NCBI RefSeq assembly: GCF_004010195.1
Contig: NC_057718.1
Location: 34,871,376 to 34,935,375 of the forward strand
DNA: 64,000 bases
Direction: 5' to 3'
Origin: Chiloscyllium plagiosum
Taxonomy: Eukaryota
Shown here: piece by piece, positions 12,206 through 25,467 of the stretch
How the letters are laid out: every line of letters starts with the position of its first letter
How positions within the stretch are numbered: position 1 is the first letter of the stretch
Made by a program: the position numbers and the translations under genes
The notes under the pieces: model-generated
What the model was told of the DNA's origin: nothing
What the model saw: only the letters and a program-made list of their open reading frames with translations
Database searches by the model: none

Positions 12206-12624
12206 ATGGAGCAAAGTGATCTCAGTGTCAAGAACAGCCTCACAGGACATCTAGTCCAATACTGCCACACATCTCATCATCGCGTACATTGCTCAGACTC
12301 CACCCATTGTTATAGATCTAGAGACTCATGAAAGCCAGGCTGGATAATGGCAGCAGAATAACAAATTTATTGCCTTCACATCTTGTGCTTTCTCTCAGCT
12401 GGGTGATATTTCCATCACTTAGGGCATTGGCATGTCTAGAAACTGGCAAAGCCCCAAGCACATATATTTTAGGAACCAGAAAGTGGGATAATGTTATTAG
12501 AATAGCAGTGGTGGAATTAGGCAGTATGTTCCCCCAGGTAAAGGTAGGACACATATGTATATCATTGTTTTGCCATTCATGATTGCTGCATAGCTGTTTG
12601 GCTGGAAGGATAGATGATTGTTGG

Positions 12625-12898
12625 AGTGACTATGTGCAGTTTGCACATTCGCCTCCACGTGTCTGCATGGGTTTTTTTCCTACAGTCGAAAGATGTACCG
12701 GTTAGATAGATTGACCATGCTAATTTGCCCATAGTATCCAGGTACATGCAGGTTAGTTGGGGTTAGCCATGAGAAATGCAAGGTTACAGCAATAGGTTGA
12801 AAGTGTGGGGCTGGTTGGGGTGCTTTTCAGAAGGTTGGTGCAAAGTATATGGTCCAAAAGGCCTCCATTTGCACTGTAGGCATTCTATGACTCTATGA
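12625..12898 (+). mobile_element. Degenerate HE1-like SINE
   Basis: gactatgtgcagtttgcacattc...aaagatgtaccggttag...ttgaccatgctaatttgcccatagt...ttctatgactctatga. Confidence 0.7.
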
Positions 12899-13171
12899 CA
12901 CTGGCAATGATTTCCTTGACAATTGAATATGGGCATGTACTTGCCATCAATAGGCTAACTTGTGGAAGGCATCAAAGAATGTCTATCATCCAGGAAACCA
13001 TAGGTCAATGAGGATGTCACCAACTTCATGAAAGAACAAGGGGAGCAAACAAGAAATCACCTTTGAGAATCAAGCATTCAACTTAAATTTATACAGTTCT
13101 TATCATGTGACTTTTCTGTTTTTTTTAATCACAAACTGAAATAGGATAAAAATTATTTTTAAAGCCAAAAT

Positions 13172-14069
13172 TGTTAAAGGATTGCTGTACCTTTTGAAAA
13201 CAAGTAACCTGATGCTCATTGCAAGTTCTGTTTACACAGCTGCTTCTTCAAGCAGTAATGGAGGTCTGTTTACTTTGGCGAGGAACAAGTAATTGATTGG
13301 CCTGTGAACTCGTTACCAATTGTCAATGTCTTCTGACAAATTATATTATTGGCTATCTAGTAATTGAACAGCTTTGGGGTGTGAATGTTTGGGAGACGCC
13401 ATCAGATCTCCACAAAGGAAGAAGCTGCCTCTTTAACCTCTGCAGTAAAGATTACCTGAAGTCTGAACAAAGCCAATCTATTCTTTTCCCTCAGCAGTAG
13501 CTGTAAGCTATGTCTGTTAAGCAGTAGGCCAGAGAATTTATTTGTGGTAAAACAAAGAACTGCAGATGCTGGTGATCTGACACAAAAACAGAGTCACTGG
13601 ACTCAAAATGTTAACTCTGCTTTCTTCCAACAGATGAGTTTAATGAGCAATTTCTGAATTTATGTGTGAACTAGCCACCCTGTACCTTCAGCAAGAAAGT
13701 GAGATTATCTGAAGATGAATCAAAGAACAACAGACCTTGACAAACCCAAAAGGCCAACTCGGTGGACTCTGGGAATTTGTCCTTCACTCCCATGTGTTTT
13801 TTTCCCCTGTCAATATGTGGTTAAGGGGAAACATATAAGAGGGGTTAGAGTTTATCTGATACTGTTGTATGGCAATGGTTCAAAATTATTTATCTGTAGC
13901 TACAATGTATTAATTTGTAAGAAATAGTCATCCTTGTTAAGTATAGAAACTTGGTCTGTGCTTTCTGTAAACCTGGATCAGAAGATTTTAAAATAATCTT
14001 TAACATTTTTGTTGGCTCTGGAAATTGCACGGCTCAATTGCCAGAGCACTCCCCCAGCGAGGTGTAACA
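13172..14069 (+). mobile_element. Possible degenerate solo LTR
   Basis: Bounded by TGTTA...TAACA. No TSD visible. Interrupted by a PLE family C fragment at ~13550-13660. Confidence 0.3.
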
Positions 14070-15900
14070 CCGTTGATTAGATTCTGACTTGGTACTGTAA
14101 TCCAGGCTCTATATCAAATCCAGGCATTTTCTTGCTCCTCAGTGGAATATATCCAACATTTAAATTTATTTCTTTCATACAAATAGGCAACTACTCATTG
14201 CAAACAGAAAGATCAGATTGCCGATTATGGCACAGGGAGCAGGCACAATGGGCAGAGGATGGGAAATTCTGGAGACAATTCAGCTTCAAAGGGCAATGTG
14301 CAGCCTTGCCACCTGGGTAGTAAACTGGCATGGTGGATCACTGTCCAGTTTCCACCTCACTGAAATGAATGGGTTGAGGTTTGGGTGAGTATTCCACACC
14401 AGGTGGGGAACCTGTGTATCAGGTTACCACCCAGACTGTAAAATTGAAAAATATCTTCATCAAGCAGGCTACAGGGTTAAGTTATTTTTGAGGCAGAACC
14501 AGTACCAGCATGAAGCAAACACACTGGTTCCTATAGTTTAAATTAACTCCTCAATGTGACACCTACAATTTAAGTCGGTTGTTTTAGATGTGGGTATCTG
14601 CAGACTCAAATAGCTTTCGTTCTCCTCTAACTTGCTATTATAAAAAACTGAATGCTTCTTTGTTTCTTTTAGGAATGGCTTCACTCCTATTACTGCTTTC
14701 AGGATTCTGTTTCAAATTGCATTTGCGAATATTTGTACCTTTCCAGATGAAACGGGGAATCCTACAGTGCTTTTTGTTTTCAAAACCTGCATTCCTCATG
14801 ATGGTCTCTGTATCATTTCTCCAAAAGTATGCTTACTTACTCTCTGGCTGTTTGTTCGATATCAGGTAACTGTGTCCTCTGCAATTTAGTGCATGCGTGT
14901 GTAATTTCTATAGACTGTTATTCTACATATTGCTGATGCTTTCCAGGTGCAGAAACATGAGAGTGGGAGCGGGGGTTGGAGGAGAAGAATTGCTACTCAA
15001 GCATGGAACCACTGGTTCTTGTGTTTTGGAATAAATACCAAACACATCAGTAACAGTTACATTGAGCAACACCCCCACTGGGTGAGTGACCTGCTTCATG
15101 AAAGGTCATCGCATCGCATGCCATCACCAGAGAAGCCCCTAAGAGCACAGGGGGATCAAATAGTTGAACTGATGGGGCCCTGAGGTGTTGCAGCAATCTA
15201 CATGATTGGCCTATGACTGGACCTGTTTTAAAGATGGATCACCTTTTAATGCTATGTGAAGTTGGTCAGCAGCAGATAATTCACAGTGCACACTTCCATA
15301 AGACAACCCACTAACTGGAGGTAAAATGCAAACACTTACTCAAAGATTACAGAATTCTCTTTTTGAGCTTTTAAAAAGAGAAACGGACAGAGCACAAAGC
15401 AAGATTTGTAGTTAAAGATGTGGATTGCTTCCCATTTACACTTGCAGAAGTTGAACTTTTGAGAATTTATGTGAGATACACACTGATAGGTAGCAGATTT
15501 CAGAAAAACACATGCACTTAGCCTGCATTTTCCCATCTGTTCACAAGCAGAATGGGCTTTTTGGATTTCCTGAGATGTATTTCTGACTGTGGGTGCAAAA
15601 GAACAGAATTGTCCAGCCCTTATGTCTTTTTCATTTTCATCCCATCATTTGCTTGCCAAGCTTTTGAAGAGGAAGTTGCAATCAACTGCCCATTCATGTC
15701 TCAGCAGGGAAAACTCTGATCTACTACTGCAAACATGACTCACTGTGCTGATGCTCATCCTCAGGTATGAGAGAGAGAGAGCTGGGTGGTGCAAACAATG
15801 TATAAAAATCAATTTGCTTTAGTTATTCTGGTGTATCCTACAAAGCCCTTCATTAAACCCCTATTTGCGTATGCCAGTGTCCCAGTACAACATCAATAAA

Positions 15901-16086
15901 TCAGAACTGTAGATGTTGGAGATCCAAAATGATAAAAGAAGTTGCTAGCAAAACTCCGCAGACCAGGCAGAATCTGTGAGATGAAAGCAAAGTTATCATT
16001 TCAGGTCCGGTGACCAGTACGGCTTAGTCTGCTTTCATCCCACCTGATGACCTATTGAGTTTTGCCAGCAACTTCTGTTTTTATCC
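15901..16086. mobile_element. Old fold-back PLE derivative (family C)
   Basis: agaagttgctagcaaaactc...gatgaaagca is inverted against tgctttcatc...gagttttgccagcaacttct. It turns after ggtccggtgacc (HHR stem II). Possible TSD caataaa at 15894-15900 and 16087-16093. Confidence 0.7.
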
Positions 16087-16376
16087 CAATAAAACTACCA
16101 TGCCTATTATATTTAATCTGTGGTTGCAGTCTATAGATTAGGCCAAGATGTCAACAATTGGAGATTTAATGCACGATAAATCAATCATCCAATCTATCAC
16201 CTGTCTCAAATAGCTCAGAAATACTTAATTATCTTGATACGTATGATACGTTCTCAGAGGGAAACAGAATTAAAGTTTTGAGTCAAGTATGACTCCCCTT
16301 CAAAACTGAAAGGTGTTGGAAAATGCTTTATTTTAATATTTTGACTGAGGTAAGTCCAGTACAAAAGACAAAAGGT

Positions 16377-16723
16377 TTTTTTTATTCATTCACAGGGGCT
16401 GAGAGCATCACTGAGTAAGCCAGCATTTATTGCCCATCCCTAATTGCCCAGAGGGCAGTTAAGAATCAAACACATTGCTGTGAGTCTGGAGTCACATGTA
16501 GGCCAGACCAGGTAAGGATGGCAGTTTCCTTCCCTAATGGATATTAGTGAAACAGATGTTTTTTTTTTAACAATCAACAACAGATTCATGGCCATCATTA
16601 GACTCTGAATTCCAGATACTTAATGAATTCAAATTCCATCATCTGCCATGATGGGATTTCAGCCTGGGTCTCCAGAACATTACATAAATCTCAGGATTAA
16701 CAGATTTAGCCATTGCCTCCCCA
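16377..16723 (-). mobile_element. tRNA-derived SINE with LINE-derived 3' tail
   Basis: Reverse-complement homolog of 21478-21823. Head ggggaggcaatggc..., B-box-like ggctgaaatccc, tail ...gaatgaataaaaaaa. Confidence 0.75.
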
Positions 16724-16869
16724 ATAATGTTAATGGAAGAGAAAAAAAATGTAAAATGGGTTCAGGCGTGAAAGGGAAGGAATGGGTCCTCTAATTAGAA
16801 TGAAGCAAGCAAGACATAAACAAGAAAAAGCTGACAAGAATTTAACATGAAAGGCAAGAGGTTTTTAGG

Positions 16870-17100
16870 GGCTTTGAGGAAACTCTTTACACACCCAGGG
16901 GGTGGTGAGAATCTGGAATGCACTGCCTGGCAGGGTAATTGAGACAAAAAAACCCTCAAAACCTTTAAAAAGGACTGGAATAAACACTTAAGACATCAAG
17001 ACATGCAAGGTTTCGTGCCAAATGCTTATGCAAATTTAGAGTAGTTTTTGTCAGTGTAGACTTAATGGGCCAAAGGGCCTCTTCTGTACTGTATGATTCT
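16870..17100 (+). mobile_element. CR1-like LINE 3' end fragment
   Basis: gggggtggtgagaatctggaatgcactgcct (RVVRIWNALP-like) through ...gggccaaagggcct...gtactgtatgattct. Confidence 0.7.
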
Positions 17101-20100
17101 AAGTTTGTGGAGGAGAAAAAATGTAAGAAAAATGGGGAACAGGCATATTGAACTCAATTGAAGTATTGAATTCAATGCTGAGACCTTAAGGCTATAAAGT
17201 GCCTTGTGGAAATGTTGTTCCTTAAAATGTTAGCATGAGAGTAAGATAATTTCTTGAAATGGCAAGGAACTGCATGGTTTGGGTTTATCCTACAGACAGA
17301 GCAGAGATATTCCATAAGTGGTCACCTTGTCTGCTTTTGGTCTCGCCCATGTAAAGGAGACCACTTTTACAAAACCAAACAATTTTCATACAATACCATT
17401 ACTTTGTTCAGTGTTTGTTTAGTGGCTGTTTTAGATTCAATTATAGAATAATTCATTCACCTCATACAGAGATTTGTAACCTGATAGATGCAGCTAAGAA
17501 GACCCAATTTTGCCAAGCCACTGCTTGAGAATCTGATTTCGCCTTTATCGCAAATTGGACTATACTATAACAACAAATTGCATTATATAGTTTTTCTTCC
17601 AGATATAAAATGGATTTTATGATTGCACTGATATAGCAGAGATTAACACTTAATTGTGAAGAATGACAAAGGGAGATTGAGTCATAAGTATACCAAGAAT
17701 GAAACAGAATTAACGCCAAAGTCAGCAGACACATCACACTTAGTAATCAGTGAGGGCGATGAAGCAATTTAAATTAGCTAATAGAGTGTTATGGTGCATA
17801 TCAAATAAAAAATTACAAAGGTTATTTGTGCATATGTTTTTAATTGTAATTGTAGATCATTCACATACAAAAACGGAATGATCTTTCTGGGTAATCTTCG
17901 AATAATACTTAAAATTAAACAAGCTATATGGTTGAAAAGAAACTTCAAGTTATCAGGAATAATAGTAATCTGTCAGGAAAAGTAAGAAAGTTAAGAACAT
18001 CAGGATCGTTCTATGTAATGTTGAATGCTAAAATTATAGTCATATGCCTTGATAGTGGAATGGTCTTTTTCTGCCTCTGATTTCTGGTTTGTTCATATGT
18101 ACAATATATTTCCAGGAAACTTGTTTACAGTTACCACTCTATAACTAACCTAAATAACTGATCACTTCAGTACTGGAATTTCAAATACTGCAAAGACATT
18201 TCACAACACAAACTTAAAGCTGGAACAACCATTTCGGAATGTCTTAATTTTTTTGGGTGTGCAAACTGAAGAGCCCCTGGGAACTAACGCTGGGCATGCC
18301 ACTAGTCTTGAGAATTGCATCTCTAAAAGTTCAGACTAGGCCTCTGAAGGCTGGGACACAAGAGAAAGAAAGCAGCAGTGTGAGAATTTGCTGTTAGGTG
18401 AGTGTGTTTTCCTTTCCCATCGCCCAGCAGTGAAACTTTCATTAGATGAATGAAGCTGCAGATCCTTGAGAAATACCACGGTTACAGGCAAACTTACAGG
18501 CACGTTTCACTGAACTTTTACATCCTTTGCTGCAGTTTTTCTAAGTGCTGTGTCTCAAAGCATGCCAAAGCTGCTTCATAACATAAACACTTGCCAAAAA
18601 TAAGTCCTTTTTGGCTCCAAAAATTTGCTCCTTGGGTAACTTTCTTTATGCTCCTGTAATTCTATAGTCTCTGAGATTTCAAAGGTAAATGAAACTGGTC
18701 ATAAATTACTAATTCAAAAGGCACCATTTCACTGAGTATTTTCCAAAAAATAACTGCTTGAAATCGGGCCAGTCTGAAGCAAAACTGATCTTATCAGAAG
18801 GGGTTATGAAAATACACCTAAATTGCTACTTAACAAGCAATTCTCAACTTTCAAAAAAGATCAGTTTTGTGTCTTCACTCATGAGGTGATCTATTATAAG
18901 CTACAGTTGCATGGTGCCAAGCACTCTCTTAATGTTAACCCAGCATAATGACCACGTGGCCAGGAAAGGTGATGGGGTTGGATGTATGGGAAAAGACAGA
19001 AATCAGCAAATGAGCATCAGATAGCACTCTGGAAAATATGGTACACAAATCCTCAACTTAGATTGTTCCATTTATATTATATTCAAATGCTTATTGAATA
19101 TTAATTGAACTGGAAATTTTTTGATGAAATTTATATTTGTGTTTTGTCGATGTTTTGAAAAAAAATTTAAAGTAAAGGCTTTATAGTTTATGACAAATGT
19201 ATATACTTTTAAAAATAATCTTTGCCATAGTATCACCTTACTAGCATGTCATCCAGCCCCTTTATTGACTTCTTAATTTGTCCATCTCTCAGTTAACATG
19301 AGTATGTATTATTTTTGTCAGTGCGCTGATAGCATATCTTACCGAGTGAATTTTTTATATTCATTCATGGTACATGGGTGTGGCTGGCTGGGCCAGCTTT
19401 TATTGACAATCTCGAATTGCCCTTGAGAAGGTGCTGGTAGACAGTGCCTTGAATTGCTGCTCCCCATTTGTACAACTATTAGCAATATCTTATTTTATAC
19501 AGAGTTTTACTTGTATTCAGTGGTGTGAGTAAACTCATATTCCAGTAGTACAGTTCTTGCATTTTCTCTTCTTACTGAATCTGTACAGTAACCATAGAGA
19601 AAGTAAGCACCCAAGAAATGGGGATTAATAGCCAGAATGCCATTCTATAAGATTCCAGCTCATTTTATCTGCTGTATTCCAGAGTTGTTTGCTAAGCTGT
19701 ATATATTTTATGAGTACAATAAAAAAGGCTTACGTTGCAGCACAAAATGGCTTTGTCCTTCAAATCATTGAAACAGAATAGAAGATCTTGACACGTCTCT
19801 GCTTCTTCTTTGTAATTATTGTTCAAGCAACTTTTATTTTAAATGAATATGTTTTCAATTCACAATGCTGAAAGTAAAATACACGCCTCCTATAAACATG
19901 GATGCTGTAATTCAAGACTGCAGATTTTATCACAAAGTCTTTATTGTGTGCTGCTATAATGAGACATATCATTTATGCCACTTTCAGGTATAAGGTTTGT
20001 TTATAGACTAACAAATCCAAATGAATGATTCAGAGCATAGCAACCTGCAGCTCTAAAAAAGTAGAAAATCTTATGTTGATTAGGACGTTCGGTTATGTTG

Positions 20101-21477
20101 AAGAACATTGATTTAAGGGGAATGAAGTGGACACATCAGGGAATGCATCCCTAAAAATATTGGTTAAATACCTCCGGATCCCATGTAATGAAGGAGCAAT
20201 TTCATAAACCTGGAATGAATATGCTAAGTATGTTCATCAAGAAAACATCCACTCAAAGCCACCTTTGGCGTCATTAGTATGTGAAATTTGGCAGCATTGG
20301 GAACTGAGCTAAGTTGGCATGCACCACTCCCCATGTGTTTGCATAGCATAGTGTTGGGTCTCAGTGCATGACAGTAGCTCTCTTTCTCTCACACTGATCC
20401 TGTGTTCCTTGATGGAGTTGATGCAGGTTTGCTAAACCGGGGAGCAACTCGCATATATTTGCGCAGAATGAATGGATCACAGCGAAGGACAAGCACTTGT
20501 TCAAACTCATGGGAACAGTTAGGCCTTCAGACTGTGAAAACATATGATTTGTGAATACGCATGTATCTGAAACCATCTGAAGAAAATCAGCATATGATTT
20601 TTATTTTCTATGTTTTGAAAGGGCAATTATGTCTATAAAAGAGACATTTACTATGTACTGAAAATGTAAAATGTAAGAATAGTCATTTTAAAAAGTTACT
20701 CTAGCTATTACCATGCCAAAGAACTAATTCCAAATTCTGAGGTTCATTAATGACATACCCTGTACTTCTTTCGCTCTCAAGGGTAACAGATAAATGATTT
20801 GTCTTGATGTTATGTCAACGAGTCTGACCATTGATTACATCATTGCTGTCTGTGTTTTACTTTCGTAATGGCATTAGGTCAACCACTAAATAGTTGACAA
20901 ATTCACAAGCTCAGTCTTTTTTCCAGAAAACTGGGACAAATTTCTTCCTACTTCACCATTATCCACTGACTGTTCATCCAGCATTCTGGGCCAGTGGTCA
21001 GCAAGTGATTGAAACATTTTAAAAATAAGACTCAGACTACAGTGTAACAAAGGGTGGAATTGAATGCCTTCCCCATGGTGAGTTTGGCAGTGGGGGGAAT
21101 GTCACCAGGTGGGAGAGTGGAGAGTGGGGATACTGCTGTCTCCCTGCTACTTCCTTGATCAGGTTCATACAGGAAAGTTCCTGCCTTGCTACCAATAATT
21201 CCCATTAAAATGCCTCTTCCTACTCCAATTAGTATTCAGCAGAAGCAGACAAGGGCTCACCGTGTGGGAAGCCTGAAAGGCAGACACTTAGGTGTTGCTT
21301 TTAGGTTCCCGGGTCATCGTTTTTTTAACTTACTTATGGCATGTTGGTGTCTCTGGCATTCAGTCCCTCATTCAAAGGCACTCAGGACCTGATTGAAGGA
21401 CCCAATATCGGATAGTGGGACTTGACTGCTGGATGCCACCCTGCCCCTCCCTTCAACCCTCCCTATCACTCACTTAG

Positions 21478-21823
21478 AGGGGGGATGATAGCTGAGTAGT
21501 GTTAATGCTGGGCTGCTAATCTAGAGACCCAGGTAATATTCTGGGGACCCAGGACTGAATCTCGCCAAGACAGATAATGGAATTTAGATTCAATGAAAAT
21601 CTGGAATTAAGAGTCGAATGATGGCCATGAATTAATTATTGGAAAACCCCATCTGGTTCACTAATGTCCTTTAGGGAAGGAAAATGCAATCCTTCCCTGA
21701 TCTGCCCTACATGTAATTCCAGACCCACAAAATATGGTTTACTCTTAACTGTCTCTGGACAGTTAGGGATGGTCAATAAATGCTGTCCTAGCCATCAGCA
21801 CCTTAATCCTGTGAATAAAAAAA
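21478..21823 (+). mobile_element. tRNA-derived SINE, same family as 16377-16723
   Basis: gggggatgatagctgagtagtg...gacccaggactgaatctc...ctggttcactaatgtcctttagggaagg...gtgaataaaaaaaa. Confidence 0.75.
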
Positions 21824-22102
21824 ACCTTCCTCCCAACCTCAGTTATTTCTGTATGGGTCTGGAGGTGTCTAGGAGGAAAGAGGTAAAATCAACATGGTCC
21901 TTCCCATGCTGTCCCACAGACTCACTAGACTGACCTCCCAGGCATATGAAGAAAAGTTACGAGAATGCAGGACCTGACATTAAAAAAAAATCCTTGAGCA
22001 AAATTAAGTATGTTAGCTTCAACTGCTCCTCTATGTGCATGATAAATAATAGAAATGGCTTCAAACATCTAGGCCCAACACTTTATATTCTGTGCCACCT
22101 GT

Positions 22103-23503
22103 CAAGGGAACTATAGACCAATGAGCCTGGCATTGGTGATGGACAAGTTATTGGAAGGAATCCTGATAGACAGGATGTACATGTATTTGGAAAGGCAAGG
22201 ACTGATTAGGGATAGTCAACATGGCTTTGTGCATGAGAAATCATGTCTCACAAACTTAATTGAGTTTTTTGAAGAAGTAACAAAGAGGATTGATGAGGCA
22301 GAGTGGTAGATGTGATCTATATGGACTTCAGTAAGGCATTCAACAAGGTTCCCCATGGGAGACTGTTAGCAAGGTTAGATCTCACGGAATACAGGCAGAA
22401 CTAGCCATTTGGATACAGAACTGGCTCAAAGGTAGAAGACAGAGGTGGTGGTGGAGGGTTGTTTTTCAGACTGGAGGCCTGTGACCAGTGGAGTGCCACA
22501 AGGATTGGTGCTGGATCTACTTCTTTTTGTCTGTTACATAAATGATTTGGATGTGAGCATAAGAGATAGTGTTAGTAAGTTTGCAGATGACACCAAAATT
22601 GAAGGCGTAGTGGACAGCGAAGAAGGTTACCTCAGATTACAACAGAATCTTGATCAGATGGGCCAATGGGCTGAGAAGTGGCAGATGGAATTTAATTAAG
22701 ATAAATGCGAGGTGCTGCATTTTGGGAAAGCAAATCTTAGCACGACTTATATGCTTAATGGTAAGGTACTAGGGAGTGTTGCTGAACAAAATGTCCTTGG
22801 AGTGCAGGTTCATAGCTCCTTGAAAGTGGAGTTGCAGGTAGACAGGATAGTGAAGAAGGCGTTTGGTATGCTTTCCTTTATTGGTCAGAGTATTGAGTAC
22901 AGGAGTTGGGAGGTCATGTTGTGGCTATACAGGACATTGGTTCGACCACTGTTGGAATATTGCGTGTAATCCTGGTCTCCTTCCTATCGGAAAGATGTTG
23001 TGAAACGTGAAAGGGTTCAGAAAAGATTACCAAGGATGTTGCCAGGATTGGAAGATTTGAGCTATAGGGAGAGGCTGATCAGGCTGGGGCTGTTTTCCCT
23101 GGAGTGTTGGAAGCTGAGGGATGACCTTATAGAGGTTTACAAAACCATGAGGGGGCATGGATAGGATAAATAAACAAAGTCCTTTCCCTGGGTTGGGGGA
23201 GTCCAGAACTAGAGGGCATAGGTTTAGGGTGAGAGGGGAAAGATATAAAAGAGACCTAAGGGGCAACTTTTTCACTCAGAGGGTGATACTTGTATGGAAT
23301 GAGCTGCCAGAGGAAGTGGTGGAGGCTGGTACAATTGCAACATTTAAAAGGTATTTGAATGGGCATATGAATAGGAAGGGTTTGGAGGGATATGGGCCGG
23401 GTGCTGGCAGGTGGGACTAGACTGGGTTGAGATATCTGGTTGGCATGGACGGGTTGGACTGAAGGGCCTGTTTCCATGCTGTACATCTCTATGACTCCAT
23501 GAC
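22103..23503 (+). mobile_element. HER1/CR1 LINE, 5'-truncated (RT and 3' end), pseudogenised
   Basis: [63 protein letters not shown]. Tail ctctatgactccatgact. Confidence 0.95.
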
Positions 23504-23600
23504 TGTAATTGTAAGTAACTCATCTTCCAATAAAATAAAATGAGTAAAAATGTAATTATTAACTTGGTTGCCTATTCATTTCAAATATGAGGTTGCAATC

Positions 23601-23778
23601 CATATGTAGACTGTGTTCCATTGCTGGCACCTATATGTGGACTATGTTCTGATCTTGGACCTGTATGTAGACTGTGTTCCATCGCTGGGACCCAAATGTA
23701 GACTGTGTTCCATTGCTGGGACCTATGTGTGGACTATATTCCGTTCTTGGACTGTATGTAAACTGTATTCCATTGATG
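23601..23778. repeat. Minisatellite of six ~30-31 bp units
   Basis: Unit approximately yatatgtagactgtgttccattgctgggacc, arranged ABC-A'B'C'. Confidence 0.9.
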
Positions 23779-24974
23779 TGATCAAAAGTGCTGAGAGAAA
23801 GCCTGAAAGTCATATTATAAATTCCAATTGGAAACTCAATGAAGAAGCGATAAATTGCACTGGTTACTCCAGTTCAAATGACAGCAGCTCTGAGATTTGA
23901 TATTGTCACCTTCAAGACTGGGAATCAAGGGCGTAATCATTAGCTACACTTTGCCTGAGCTGTAGCAAAATTTGAAAAAAAAACCTTATTCATGGAAAGC
24001 AACTGCATATGGAAGTGTTATTCATTCCAGGGAAAAATGGAAGTCTTTGTAAATAGTTCAATCTTTCCCTTGTGCTGAATTAGACATCGTAAAAGCCTGA
24101 AAGTCACTATTTTCTCACGTGATGCCCATATTATGGAACAGCCCATTTTCCCTTAAAAGATACAAGAATATCAGTCAAGTAATTTTAACTCAACAACAAG
24201 TCACCTGCATGTGAAGTCTCCATGTTTCACGGAAAAAATATGACAAATTCATCATTAGCACATAATGACCAGATTGTAGTGCATTGACTAAGTCAGAAGA
24301 AAGCCCTTGTCTGCAAACTATTTAAAGGAGTTCTTGTGGTGTATTGGGTAGTGACCTTGCCTTTGAGCCAGAATATGAGTCCCATTCCCAGAACCTGATG
24401 GCCAAGGAATTTGCACTCATAATCAAGCCAAACGTTAAATCCTTCCAACACACACCAATGACATGTGGTAAGAGAGCTGGAAAGTTCTTGGTTAGCAATG
24501 TAATGGAAAGGAAGTTGGAGCCTCTTCCATACTCTTATATATGTTTCCCACAGCAACATGGACTCCCTCAGTGAGAGGTAACACACAGCCAGAATGCTCA
24601 GTATTACTAATGGTAGCAGTCATTTTCCAAGGGTTGTGCATGAAGTCCACAGCAGCAGAGCTAATTTTTTAAAATGGAAAAGTATAAAAGGATGATGCCA
24701 TCTCCAGCTTATGTTACCATCCTCTATAAACAATGGTGGTAACTCCAGTACGAGGATCTGGTAAGCCAATGACGCTGGGATTGATTAAGCAATGGAATGG
24801 TAGCACAAAGTTGCAGCACTTACAAAAAGGTAATGCTGAGGATGCTGAAATTCTGAAATAGAAACAGAAAATGCTGAGAAATACTCATCAGATGTGGCAA
24901 CATATGGACAAAGAAAAACAATGTTAACTAATCACCTTTCATTAGAACTGTGTCTTATATGTTGGAAATAAAAG

Positions 24975-25290
24975 GATCGTCATTTCTAGAGTGCTTTTCA
25001 TAGTCTCAGAGTGTCTTGAACAGCTTGATAGCTAATGTAGTCATGGCTGTAATATCGGAAAATCAACAGTCAGTTTGCCATAATAGGTTCCCACAAACAG
25101 CAATGTCATCGTGACCAAATAATTATCATTTAGTGATGTTGGTTGAGGGATAAATATTGGCTACTGTTCTTCTTCAAAATAATACCAGCACACCTTTGAA
25201 GTCTACTTGCAACAGTAGCTCAGTTTAACATCTCACCGAAAGGATTGGCAGCCAGAGCAATGTCTGATCAGTTCTGCACTGGAGTGGCAA
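24975..25290 (-). mobile_element. Deu-domain SINE (SacSINE1/AmnSINE1-like), degenerate
   Basis: ttcccacaaacagcaatgtcatcgtgacc...tttagtgatgttggttgagggataaatattggc resembles the reverse complement of the DeuSINE central domain. Confidence 0.75.
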
Positions 25291-25380
25291 CCATAACTAT
25301 CTCATTGTAACAGACAAGATTCTGAAGAAACTTGATAGAATAGAGATTAGATGGTTGATTCCCCTGGTTGGGGTGAAGTC

Positions 25381-25467
25381 ATCTGATGAAGGATCAGCAT
25401 TCCGAAGGCTTGCGATTTCAAATAAACTTGTTGGACTATAACCTGGTGTCGTGTGACTTCTGACTTT
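25381..25467 (+). mobile_element. Short PLE family B terminal fragment starting at a degenerate HHR
   Basis: CTGATGA-a-ggatc agc attcc-GAAG-gc-TT, then aataaacttgttggactataacctggtgtcgtgtga. Confidence 0.7.

Noticed and set aside
11729..12331. 200-aa and 141-aa overlapping ORFs with mirrored peptides (CGRKPEHPEETHADTGRTCKLHT)
   Set aside because: Artefact of translating the HE1 SINE palindrome.
23601..23778. Possible CRISPR-like array
   Set aside because: Units are contiguous with no unique spacers, the context is eukaryotic and there are no cas genes.
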